A DNA stretch of 64,000 nucleotides, taken from an uncultured Pelagibacteraceae bacterium (GTDB taxonomy: Bacteria; Pseudomonadota; Alphaproteobacteria; Pelagibacterales; Pelagibacteraceae). Below the pieces are notes generated by a model, which searched no databases, was not told the DNA's origin, and was given only the letters and a program-made list of their open reading frames with translations. Location: the NCBI GenBank assembly GCA_902593285.1, contig CACJHW010000003.1, positions 25,260 to 89,259 on the forward strand. The letters are read 5' to 3'. Position 1 is the stretch's first letter; every line of letters starts with the position of its first letter. A program made the position numbers and the translations under genes. Below are positions 10,574 to 19,186 of the stretch, piece after piece.

Positions 10574-10598
10574 TTAGTGGGCGTTTAACGCCCACTAA
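10574..10598. other. perfect 12-bp inverted repeat (RNA hairpin without U tract)
   Basis: TTAGTGGGCGTT-T-AACGCCCACTAA. Confidence 0.8.
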
Positions 10599-10630
10599 AA
10601 ACAATTCAAATTTCAAAAAAAATTAATTAT

Positions 10631-11962
10631 ATGAGCAAAGAAGGAAGTTTAGGTGCACCTATAAGACATCCTATAGATTTTGAGCATCCCGATTTTTTAA
10701 ATCCTGAAAAATTAGATACTGAAATGAGAAGAGTGTTTGATATTTGTCATGGATGTAGAAGATGTTTTAATCTCTGCGATTCATTTCCTAAACTATTTGA
10801 TATGATTGATGAGTCCAAAAATGAGGATGTTGAAAGCTTATCCAGCGATCAATTCGCACCTGTTGTCGATGCATGTACTTTATGTGATATGTGTTTTATG
10901 ACTAAATGCCCATATGTTCCACCCCACGATTTTGATCTAGATTTTCCACATTTAATGTTGCGATATAGAACAGCTCAAAAAAAATTAGGTAAATTACCAA
11001 GTATACCAACACAACTAGCTCAAATAGATCGAAACGCTAAAATTGGTGTGTTGTTTTCAAAAATAGTCAATTGGGCATCAAATATTAAGAATAAATTAAT
11101 TAGAAAAATCTTAGAACTAATTACTGGAATAGATAAAAGAGTTCAGTTGCCAAAATATAATTCAGAAACTTTTTCAAATTTTTTCAAAAAAAATAGAGAT
11201 AAAGTTAATTATCATACACCTTCTAAAGATAGAAAGGTTGTAATCTATTCAACTTGTTTTGTAAATTTTAATAAAAAAAATACAGGTGTTGCTGCTTTAA
11301 AAGTTTTGAAAAAAAATGGCGTTGAGGTCCAGGAGGCTTATCCTGGTTGTTGTGGAATGCCTTTTTTAGAGCAAGCAGATCTTCCAAAAGTTGTTGAACA
11401 AGCAAAGAAAGTTTCTAAGGATTTAATCGAATGGATTGATAAAGGTTATAAAGTAGTAACCCTAACAGCGAGTTGTGGATTGATGTTAAAATTTGAATGG
11501 CCTTTGTTATTATCAAACGATGAAAAAATAAAAAAATTATCTGCGAATGTCATGGATATTGATGAGTATGTAGTTGATATAGCAAACAATGAGGGATTAG
11601 TAGAAGGATTAAACGAGATTGATGGAGGAGTAACTGTGCATCATGCTTGTCATGCTAGAGCACAGAACATGGGCATTAAAGCAAGAGATATGTTAAAATT
11701 GATACCAAACGTTAAAATCGATGTAGTTGAAAGATGTGCAGGTCATGGAGGAACTTTTGGAGTAATGAAACAAACTCATGATTTAGCAAATAAAGTTGGA
11801 AGACCTACAGCTAGACAAATTAAAACTAAAAATAATAAGTATATGGCTTCGGATTGCCCTTTGGCTGGCAAACATTTAAAACAGTTAGAAGTTGATACAA
11901 ATATATCTAACGATGAGGCACTACATCCTATCGAATTAATGGCAAAAAGTTATAACTTATGA
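10631..11962 (+). CDS. Fe-S oxidoreductase (GlpC/HdrD-like, CCG domain), rubrerythrin-associated
   Basis: CHGCRRCFNLC and CTLCDMCFMTKCP 4Fe-4S motifs, GCCGMP and RCAGHGG CCG-type motifs. Confidence 0.88.
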   Translation: MSKEGSLGAPIRHPIDFEHPDFLNPEKLDTEMRRVFDICHGCRRCFNLCDSFPKLFDMIDESKNEDVESLSSDQFAPVVDACTLCDMCFMTKCPYVPPHDFDLDFPHLMLRYRTAQKKLGKLPSIPTQLAQIDRNAKIGVLFSKIVNWASNIKNKLIRKILELITGIDKRVQLPKYNSETFSNFFKKNRDKVNYHTPSKDRKVVIYSTCFVNFNKKNTGVAALKVLKKNGVEVQEAYPGCCGMPFLEQADLPKVVEQAKKVSKDLIEWIDKGYKVVTLTASCGLMLKFEWPLLLSNDEKIKKLSANVMDIDEYVVDIANNEGLVEGLNEIDGGVTVHHACHARAQNMGIKARDMLKLIPNVKIDVVERCAGHGGTFGVMKQTHDLANKVGRPTARQIKTKNNKYMASDCPLAGKHLKQLEVDTNISNDEALHPIELMAKSYNL

Positions 11963-12558
11963 TCGTGCCAAGAGAAAAAAGAGAAATTCAAAAAGCAGAC
12001 ATCATGCCTTTAGATGTTTATACAGAGAAGAGACGTGAATTAAGAAAAAATATTGTTGATTATAAAAAAAATAGAAGAATTGCTTTAGGTCCCTATGCCA
12101 CTTTTTATTTTGAGAGTTATGAGACAATGTTAGCTCAAGTACAAGAAATGCTTTACATTGAAAAAGGGGGTGATGAACAACTTAAGGATGAGTTATCTGC
12201 ATATAATCCATTAATACCTAATGGAAAAGAATTAACAGCAACTTTAATGTTTGAAATAGACAATCCTATTTCAAGGGCTGCGTTTCTTGGAAAAGTCGGT
12301 GGAATAGAAGAAACAGTATTTATGAAAATAAATGGTGAGAAAATTAAAGCTGTTCCTGAGGAAGATGTTGATAGAACTTCTACTGAAGGAAAAGCTTCTT
12401 CAGTACAGTTTATTCATTTTAATTTTACTGATGATCAAATAGAAAAATTTAAATCAAACAATTTAGAAATTGAACTTGGTATTGATCACAAAGAATATTC
12501 TCACACCACAAAATTATCTAAAGAAAATATAGCCTCTTTGTCCGCTGATTTTAGTTAA
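11959..12558 (+). CDS. DUF3501 family protein
   Basis: RRIALGP, QVQEML, YNPLIP, KASSVQF motifs; third gene of the rbr-oxidoreductase-DUF3501 triad. Confidence 0.85.
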   Translation: MIVPREKREIQKADIMPLDVYTEKRRELRKNIVDYKKNRRIALGPYATFYFESYETMLAQVQEMLYIEKGGDEQLKDELSAYNPLIPNGKELTATLMFEIDNPISRAAFLGKVGGIEETVFMKINGEKIKAVPEEDVDRTSTEGKASSVQFIHFNFTDDQIEKFKSNNLEIELGIDHKEYSHTTKLSKENIASLSADFS

Positions 12559-13010
12559 TTTACCCCCCAAATATTATCTGTCTTGATCCAACCATTAAAT
12601 TCACCCGCTGTAATTTGGCACCAATTTTGTTCACATTTTTCTAAAATTAATAATCTTCCTTTTTTAATTTGAGCAACAGGTTTAGCAAAAGAAGTAGGTT
12701 CCTTAAATAAAACTTTATCTTTAGTAGCTATTACTGAATTACTTTTTTTTAATTGAGAAATATGAATCCATCCACTATTATTTTTAAAATCAATAATTCG
12801 TCTAAAATTTTCTTTTTTATCAATTTGTTTTAAAGGTAAATTTATTTTTTTGTAAACATACTTAATGTCTGACTCAAAACTTGGTCCATATCGCACATTT
12901 ACCTTATTTTTTTTAAGAGAAACGAATATTTCACCTGCATTACTTGAGGAAATAAAAGATATTAAAAGGATGTATATAAAAATATTACGAATTAAATTTT
13001 TTATCTTCAC
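12555..13010 (-). CDS. exported bacterial SH3-domain protein
   Basis: Signal peptide, FVSLK..KVNVRYGP, two GWI-ended SH3b repeats. Confidence 0.8.
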   Translation of the reverse strand: MKIKNLIRNIFIYILLISFISSSNAGEIFVSLKKNKVNVRYGPSFESDIKYVYKKINLPLKQIDKKENFRRIIDFKNNSGWIHISQLKKSNSVIATKDKVLFKEPTSFAKPVAQIKKGRLLILEKCEQNWCQITAGEFNGWIKTDNIWGVN

Positions 13011-13753
13011 TTTATTTTTGTTTTATTTAATTTAACTTTTCTAAAGCTCAAATTTAATAAATCTATAATAAGAATAAATCCATTTAGATTTTGACCAATT
13101 TTTAATATTTTTTTCAAAACTTCATTAGCTAGCATTGTACCAACTGTTCCTGCTACTGGTCCCAATATTCCTTCATATTCACAGTTTAATATTTCATCAG
13201 TAATAACTTCCTCTTGATAGAAGTCTCGTAAAGAAGGAGTATTTTTATCTACAAAATCGAAAGTAAAAATATGACCATCAAATTTACTAATTGCTCCAGT
13301 CACAAGATATTTTTTATATTTTAGACTTAAATCATTTATTAAAAATTTACTTTCAAAATTGTCAGTACCATCAATAATGAAGTTGTAATTTTTTATTATT
13401 TTTTCAAGTTTTGCTCTATTCATTTTAAATTTATAGAGATTTATTTTTGTTTTTGGGTTTATTCTATTAAGTTTTTTTTTAGCAATTATAACTTTTGAGT
13501 GATTTAAATCTTTTTCATCATATAAACTTTGTCTATGAATATTTGATAGGCTAACGATGTCATGATCAACAATTCCCAGTTTCCCTATACCAGATCGAAT
13601 TAAAAAATCAGCCGCTGGACATCCTAGACCACCCATTCCAATTATTAAAACCTTTGAGTTTAGAATTTTTCTTTGTCCTAATGGACCTATGTTTTTTAAA
13701 ATTATTTGCCTCGAAAATTTATCTATTTCTTTTTTGCTTAAATTTTTGCTCAT
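13007..13753 (-). CDS. MoeB/ThiF/HesA family adenylyltransferase
   Basis: FSRQIIL..IG..GQ, GMGGLG, SLSNIHRQ, DGTDNF. Confidence 0.88.
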   Translation of the reverse strand: MSKNLSKKEIDKFSRQIILKNIGPLGQRKILNSKVLIIGMGGLGCPAADFLIRSGIGKLGIVDHDIVSLSNIHRQSLYDEKDLNHSKVIIAKKKLNRINPKTKINLYKFKMNRAKLEKIIKNYNFIIDGTDNFESKFLINDLSLKYKKYLVTGAISKFDGHIFTFDFVDKNTPSLRDFYQEEVITDEILNCEYEGILGPVAGTVGTMLANEVLKKILKIGQNLNGFILIIDLLNLSFRKVKLNKTKIK

Positions 13754-14187
13754 TTTCCGGTAGAGCCAAAACCGCCCTCTCCTCTAATTGTTTCTGGTAG
13801 ATCATTAGTTTCCTCAAGATCCATTTTAATTACAGGAGTTAAAATCATTTGTGCTATTCTATCTTTATTATTTATCAAAAAATCATTTTTTCCGTGATTA
13901 AAAAGGATTACTTTTATTTCTCCCCTGTAATCACTATCAATAGTTCCAGGTGTATTTAAAACACTAATGCTGTTTTTTGCAGCTAAACCAGATCTTGGTC
14001 TTATTTGGATTTCGAAATCACTAGAAAATGCTACTGCAAGACCTGTGGGAACTAAACATGAAAAGTTTGGTTTAAGGTTTATAGGTTCTTTTATTAATGC
14101 CATCAAATCCATGCCTGATGCACCTACTGTTTTGTAAGCAGGTAATTCAACTGCAGGGTCTAACTTTTTGATAAGAACTTTTGCCAT
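13750..14187 (-). CDS. dut: dUTP diphosphatase
   Basis: SGMDL, RPRSGLA, GTIDSDYRGE, RIAQ, RGEGGFGSTG. Confidence 0.97.
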   Translation of the reverse strand: MAKVLIKKLDPAVELPAYKTVGASGMDLMALIKEPINLKPNFSCLVPTGLAVAFSSDFEIQIRPRSGLAAKNSISVLNTPGTIDSDYRGEIKVILFNHGKNDFLINNKDRIAQMILTPVIKMDLEETNDLPETIRGEGGFGSTGK

Positions 14188-15392
14188 TAATTTAATTGAT
14201 CAATTATTCTATCAACTATTTCATCAGAAATTCCAGATTTTTTTTTGTAAGAAAGTTTTTCTTTTTTAGCATCTCTGTTTTTATAATGAATTGTTACCTC
14301 ATTATAATCAGAATTAAATCCTATATTTTTATTTGATACGTCATTGGAAATTATCCAGTCGCAATTCTTCTTGTTCAATTTCTCTTCTGCATTTTTATCG
14401 ACCTTATTGGTTTCTGCTGCAAATCCAATCACAAGTTCAGGTCTCATGGAGTTATGGTTCGACACATAATTAAGTATATCTATATTTTTTTCTAAATTTA
14501 AGTTTAAATTCTCTTGTTTTTTAATTTTATTTTCATACTTTTTATTAATTTTAAAATCAGCTACTGCAGCAGAAAAAATTGCTACATCAACAGGTAAATT
14601 TTCTTGAGTGGCAACCAACATTTCATCTGCTGTTTCAACTTTTATAAGATTAATATCTTTAGTTATTTCAAGATTAGTTGGACCAGATATTAATGTTGTA
14701 TCAAAACCTTTTTTGGATAATGATTTTGCTAATTCATATCCTTGTTTGCCACTTGATTTATTTGTAATAAAACGAACTGGATCTATATACTCATTAGTTG
14801 GCCCTGCTGTAACTAATGCTTTAAATTTTTTTTTATTTTTTTGATTTAAGAAATATTTATCGATTTCTTCAGCAATTACTAACGGGTCTGACATTTTGCC
14901 CTCTCCATATTCGCCACATGCCATATCACCAACCTCTGGACCAATTAGTTTATATCCAAACTCCTTTAATTTTTTTAAATTCATTTTAGTAGTTGGATGT
15001 TCCCACATTCTTACATTCATTGCTGGTGCTAAAATAATGTCTTTATCTGACGCTAAAACAACAGTAGATGCTAAATCATCTGTTGTTCCTTGAGCTAATT
15101 TTGAAATTGTATTTGCTGTTGCTGGTGCAATTATAATTATATCTGCCCATCTTGAAAGTGAAATATGATCCATTTCAGCCTCATTTTCTACACTGAATAA
15201 ATCGCTATATACTTTACCTTGAGAAAGCGATGTTACTGAAAGTGGAGTTACAAATTCTTTTGCACTTGTAGTAAGGATTGTCTTTATTTCTGCTCCATTC
15301 TTTTTAAAAAGCCTAATTGTTTCTAGGCTTTTGTAGGCAGATATCCCCCCACAAATAATGAATAGTATTTTTTTATTTAACAAATTTTTCAT
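14187..15392 (-). CDS. coaBC: phosphopantothenoylcysteine decarboxylase/ligase
   Basis: GGISAYK, APATAN, PAMN, VTAGPT.E.IDPVRFITNKSSGKQG. Confidence 0.96.
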   Translation of the reverse strand: MKNLLNKKILFIICGGISAYKSLETIRLFKKNGAEIKTILTTSAKEFVTPLSVTSLSQGKVYSDLFSVENEAEMDHISLSRWADIIIIAPATANTISKLAQGTTDDLASTVVLASDKDIILAPAMNVRMWEHPTTKMNLKKLKEFGYKLIGPEVGDMACGEYGEGKMSDPLVIAEEIDKYFLNQKNKKKFKALVTAGPTNEYIDPVRFITNKSSGKQGYELAKSLSKKGFDTTLISGPTNLEITKDINLIKVETADEMLVATQENLPVDVAIFSAAVADFKINKKYENKIKKQENLNLNLEKNIDILNYVSNHNSMRPELVIGFAAETNKVDKNAEEKLNKKNCDWIISNDVSNKNIGFNSDYNEVTIHYKNRDAKKEKLSYKKKSGISDEIVDRIIDQLN

Positions 15393-15400
15393 TTGCGGAA

Positions 15401-16969
15401 TTAAAATACTATAAGGCCAAAAATTACAAGAAGTAATAAACCAATAATAGATTGATTTCTAAATGCTATCATTTCTGATTTCTTATCATTTAGAGCGGTA
15501 TAAGAATTTGAATTTTGTGGAATTTGACCACTGGCTAGAAATGTCAATGCTTGATTTGCTTTATCCATAATCTCAGGAAATTCTGGCAAACGTTTAATAA
15601 CTTCAGATGTATTTTTTAAAGTTTCATTCAAATTATTAATTGGATCTTTTGTTTCTTTAAGCCAACTCTCCAGCACAGGCTTTGAAGTTGTCCAAATATT
15701 TGTGTTTGGATTTAATTTTCTTGCTACACCTTCAACAACAACCATAGTTTTTTGTAACATCAATAATTGAGGTTGAGTTTGCATATTAAACTTTTCTGTT
15801 ACATCAAACAATTGTTTGAGTAATTTACCTCCTGAAATATCTTTTACTTCTTGACCAAATATAGGCTCACCAATTGATCTCAAAGCTTGAGCCAGATCAT
15901 CTATTGGTACTTCTTTAGGAACTAATCCAGCTACTAAGTGAACTTCAGCTACTTTACGATAATCTCTTTGAATAAATCCAAATAAAATTTCTGCTAAAAA
16001 CCTTTTACTAAGTTTATCTAACCTACCCATAATTCCAAAATCTATAGGTACAATTTGCCCACTATTATCAACAAAAATATTTCCTTGATGCATATCTGCA
16101 TGAAAAAAACCATCTCTTACTGCATGTCTCAAAAAATGTTGGATAATATCTTCAGCTATTTTATTAGTATCTAAATTTCTTTTCTTTAGCTCCTCACCTT
16201 CTCTTATTGAAATCCCATCTATCCAATCTAGAGTCATTACATTTTCACTAGTAAAATTCCAATAAATCTCAGGAACTTTAAACCCAGCATCATTTTTAGT
16301 ATTTTCAGCATATTCATTTGCTGCAGCAGCTTCGAATCTTAAATCCATTTCAAGGTTAGTTATTTCTTTAAGTAAAAAAACAACTTCAACAAGCTTTAGT
16401 CTTTTTGTTTTTTTTATAAATGACTCAATAATAAATGCAAATAACATCATCGCATCAATTTCTTCGTTGAATATTTTTTTTATATTTGGTCTTAAAATTT
16501 TTATTGCTACATCTTTAATTGTTCCATTATCATTTATTTTTGCTTTATGGACTTGTGCAATTGATGCAGCAGCAACAGGTTCACTTAAATCAATTATTGA
16601 ATTAAACGCATCAACTCCAAGATCTTCTTTAATAATTTCTTTTGCTTCATGAATTGAAAAAGGGGGCAATTGATCTTGAAGTTTTTCTAGCTTTAAAGAT
16701 AATTCTTCTCCAATTATATCAGGTCTAGTAGCAAGAAATTGTCCAAGTTTAATAAAAGTTGTACCCATCGACTCTAATGATCTAGATAGTCTTTCACCAT
16801 CATCTTCAATCAAATTATTTTGTTCCTTTTTTTCAAATGAAATAGATAAAATTTGGAATAATATTGTTACAGCTAAAGGAGGTTTTTTAAATTGTGATGC
16901 AATTTTTAAAATGTCAGATTTTGCAATCTTTCTTCCTAATTTAAATAAAGTAATAAGTTTTTTAATCAT
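15401..16969 (-). CDS. ubiB: ubiquinone biosynthesis kinase-like protein UbiB
   Basis: FIKLGQFLATRPD, AAASIAQVH, FFHADMHQGN, DFGIMG; ATG 16969 overlaps the ubiE stop (TAATG). Confidence 0.95.
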   Translation of the reverse strand: MIKKLITLFKLGRKIAKSDILKIASQFKKPPLAVTILFQILSISFEKKEQNNLIEDDGERLSRSLESMGTTFIKLGQFLATRPDIIGEELSLKLEKLQDQLPPFSIHEAKEIIKEDLGVDAFNSIIDLSEPVAAASIAQVHKAKINDNGTIKDVAIKILRPNIKKIFNEEIDAMMLFAFIIESFIKKTKRLKLVEVVFLLKEITNLEMDLRFEAAAANEYAENTKNDAGFKVPEIYWNFTSENVMTLDWIDGISIREGEELKKRNLDTNKIAEDIIQHFLRHAVRDGFFHADMHQGNIFVDNSGQIVPIDFGIMGRLDKLSKRFLAEILFGFIQRDYRKVAEVHLVAGLVPKEVPIDDLAQALRSIGEPIFGQEVKDISGGKLLKQLFDVTEKFNMQTQPQLLMLQKTMVVVEGVARKLNPNTNIWTTSKPVLESWLKETKDPINNLNETLKNTSEVIKRLPEFPEIMDKANQALTFLASGQIPQNSNSYTALNDKKSEMIAFRNQSIIGLLLLVIFGLIVF

Positions 16970-17673
16970 TAAATTTTCCAACCACTATGAATTGAAACAA
17001 TACCTCCAGAAAGATTTCTATAAGAACATTTTTGAAAATTATTTTTTTCCATTAACTCTATTAATTCATCTTGATTAATAAATTGTTCAATACTTTTGAT
17101 TAAATATTCATAAGGTTCTTTTTCTCCAACTACAAACTGACCAATTATAGGAATAAGTTTTGAGTAATTTTTATATATAAAATCAAGATTTGTATTTTGA
17201 ATTTTAGAAAATTCCAGACATAGATAACGCCCACCAGGTTTTAAAACTCTATAAGCTTCTGAAAGTGCCTTATTTAAATTTTTTGTATTTCTAAGCCCAA
17301 AACTAATAGTGTAATAATCAAATGAGTTGTCCGCTATAGGTAACTTTTCTGCTGGCGAAATAACCCATTTTATATTTTTATAATTAGATAATTTCTGTTT
17401 TCCTTGACCAATCATCCCTTTATTGGGATCTATACAAGTAATTTCAGCCTCTTTATTTATACTATCTAAAAATAACTTTCCAATATCTCCCGTCCCACAC
17501 GCAACATCAATTAGCTTCCTTTTATCTCTTGGATTCATCATGTTAATTAAACTTTTTTTCCAATATCTATGAACACCCATAGACATAAAATCGTTCATCA
17601 AGTCGTATTTATTGAAGACCTGATTAAATACATTTTCTACAAGGCCTTTTTTATTTTGAAGATTTTGTTGCAT
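16969..17673 (-). CDS. ubiE: ubiquinone/menaquinone C-methyltransferase
   Basis: YDLMNDFMS.GVHR.WK, DVACGTGD, ISFGLRN, RVLKPGG. Confidence 0.95.
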   Translation of the reverse strand: MQQNLQNKKGLVENVFNQVFNKYDLMNDFMSMGVHRYWKKSLINMMNPRDKRKLIDVACGTGDIGKLFLDSINKEAEITCIDPNKGMIGQGKQKLSNYKNIKWVISPAEKLPIADNSFDYYTISFGLRNTKNLNKALSEAYRVLKPGGRYLCLEFSKIQNTNLDFIYKNYSKLIPIIGQFVVGEKEPYEYLIKSIEQFINQDELIELMEKNNFQKCSYRNLSGGIVSIHSGWKI

Positions 17674-17702
17674 AAAAAAATATATATTGAATATAGTATT
17701 AA

Positions 17703-18566
17703 ATGCCAGAATTACCAGAAGTAGAAATTGTTAGACAATCCCTTAATAAAAAGATCAAAAAAAAAAATATACAAAAAGTAATAATTAGAAACAGGAATTT
17801 AAGGTTTAAAATACCAGGTAATTTTGAAAGTTTTCTAAAAGATAAAAAGATAATTAAAGTAAGTAGATTTTCTAAATATTTAATCATTCATTTTCAAAAT
17901 GAGTATTATTGTTTAATTCATTTAGGAATGTCAGGAACAATCCATATTTTTGATAAGAAAAGCCCTCTAAAATTTACAAACACTAGTTTTTATCATTCAC
18001 CTTTTTTACCTGAAAAACATAATCATGCAGAGTTTGTATTTGATAACTTGAAAGTAATTTATAATGATCCAAGACGCTTTGGATTTTTCGAAATAATCAA
18101 AAATCACCAAGATTTAGAGAAAAGATTTAAATCAATGGGACCTGAGCCTTTTAGTGATAAATTTAACTTAAATTATGTAGTTAATTATTTTAAAAATAAA
18201 AATAAGGACATAAAAAGTTTTTTACTTGACCAGAAATTTGTTTCTGGAATAGGTAATATTTATGCAAGTGAAATTCTTTTCGCCTGTAAAATAAATCCAT
18301 TCAAAAAGGCAAAAAGACTTAATAAAAATGAATGTTTAAATATTATTTTAAATTCCAAGAAAATACTTCAACAGGCAATTAAAAAGGGTGGTTCAAGTAT
18401 TAGAGATTTTAAAGATATCTCAGGTAATAAAGGTAACTTTCAAAAGGAGTTTAAAGTTTATCAGCAAGACGGTACTGATTGTAAGCGTAAGCTGTGTAAG
18501 GGTATTATAAAAAAAAAAATAACATCAAATAGATCAACTTTTTTTTGTATTTCTTGTCAAAAATAG
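17703..18566 (+). CDS. mutM: formamidopyrimidine-DNA glycosylase
   Basis: N-terminal MPELPEVE, HLGMSG, DPRRFG, GIGNIYASE, C-terminal zinc finger. Confidence 0.97.
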   Translation: MPELPEVEIVRQSLNKKIKKKNIQKVIIRNRNLRFKIPGNFESFLKDKKIIKVSRFSKYLIIHFQNEYYCLIHLGMSGTIHIFDKKSPLKFTNTSFYHSPFLPEKHNHAEFVFDNLKVIYNDPRRFGFFEIIKNHQDLEKRFKSMGPEPFSDKFNLNYVVNYFKNKNKDIKSFLLDQKFVSGIGNIYASEILFACKINPFKKAKRLNKNECLNIILNSKKILQQAIKKGGSSIRDFKDISGNKGNFQKEFKVYQQDGTDCKRKLCKGIIKKKITSNRSTFFCISCQK

Positions 18567-18578
18567 TTAAATATTTAG

Positions 18579-18607
18579 TTGACCACTATAAATTCTCAAG
18601 CTATACC
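18579..18607 (+). promoter_or_regulatory. putative sigma70 promoter of rpsT
   Basis: TTGACC-17 nt-TATACC followed by GC-rich discriminator CCTGCG. Confidence 0.6.
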
Positions 18608-18616
18608 CCTGCGCAG

Positions 18617-18877
18617 ATGGCAAACACAAAATCAGCAATTAAGAGAATTAGAAGAATTTCTAAACAAACAGCGGTAAATAAAGCTAGAAAGAGCAAGTTT
18701 AGAAATGCTCTTAAGAAAATGAATCTACTAATTGAAGGTAAAAAGAAAGATGAAGCTCTTAAATTTTTACCAAAGTTAAACTCTGAGTTGATGAAAATTG
18801 CTAAAACAGGAATAATAAAAAAACAAAATGCCTCTAGAAACGTTTCTAGAATTACCAAAAAAATTGCTGCAATCTAA
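18617..18877 (+). CDS. rpsT: 30S ribosomal protein S20
   Basis: MANTKSAIKRIR...NKARKS...KKQNASR; true start ATG 18617. Confidence 0.96.
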   Translation: MANTKSAIKRIRRISKQTAVNKARKSKFRNALKKMNLLIEGKKKDEALKFLPKLNSELMKIAKTGIIKKQNASRNVSRITKKIAAI

Positions 18878-18978
18878 ACGTTAGTTAAATTTCTAACAAC
18901 TCCTGATATCTACATTATATATTTAAGTTTAGTTTTAAGTCACTATATTTAGATTTAGTAAATATTTGAATAATAATC

Positions 18979-19047
18979 ATTCAATCTATGTTTGATTTAA
19001 TTTTAATTTAATCATTTTATTGATTCAATCTATATTTGATTCAATTT
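18979..19047. repeat. two 25-bp direct repeats (44-bp period) upstream of dnaA
   Basis: ATTCAATCTATGTTTGATTTAATTT (18979-19003) vs ATTCAATCTATATTTGATTCAATTT (19023-19047), 2 mismatches. Confidence 0.75.
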
Positions 19048-19186
19048 AAAATTTTAAATTTATTTTTAATTTTAAATTATATTTAAAATATAAATCACAA
19101 TCATAGATTTTATTTTTTTTTAATTTTTTTTATTAACTTGTTGCAAATTTTTTTAAATAGTTCTAACTGAGATTTCCCCTTAGGTT

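Noticed and set aside
18545-18616. Extended rpsT N-terminus from the ORF track
   Set aside because: Overlaps the mutM end and the promoter; S20 homology starts at MANTKSA
18997-19011. TTAA-N7-TTAA CtrA-like box upstream of dnaA
   Set aside because: Expected by chance in near-pure A/T sequence and lacks the terminal C
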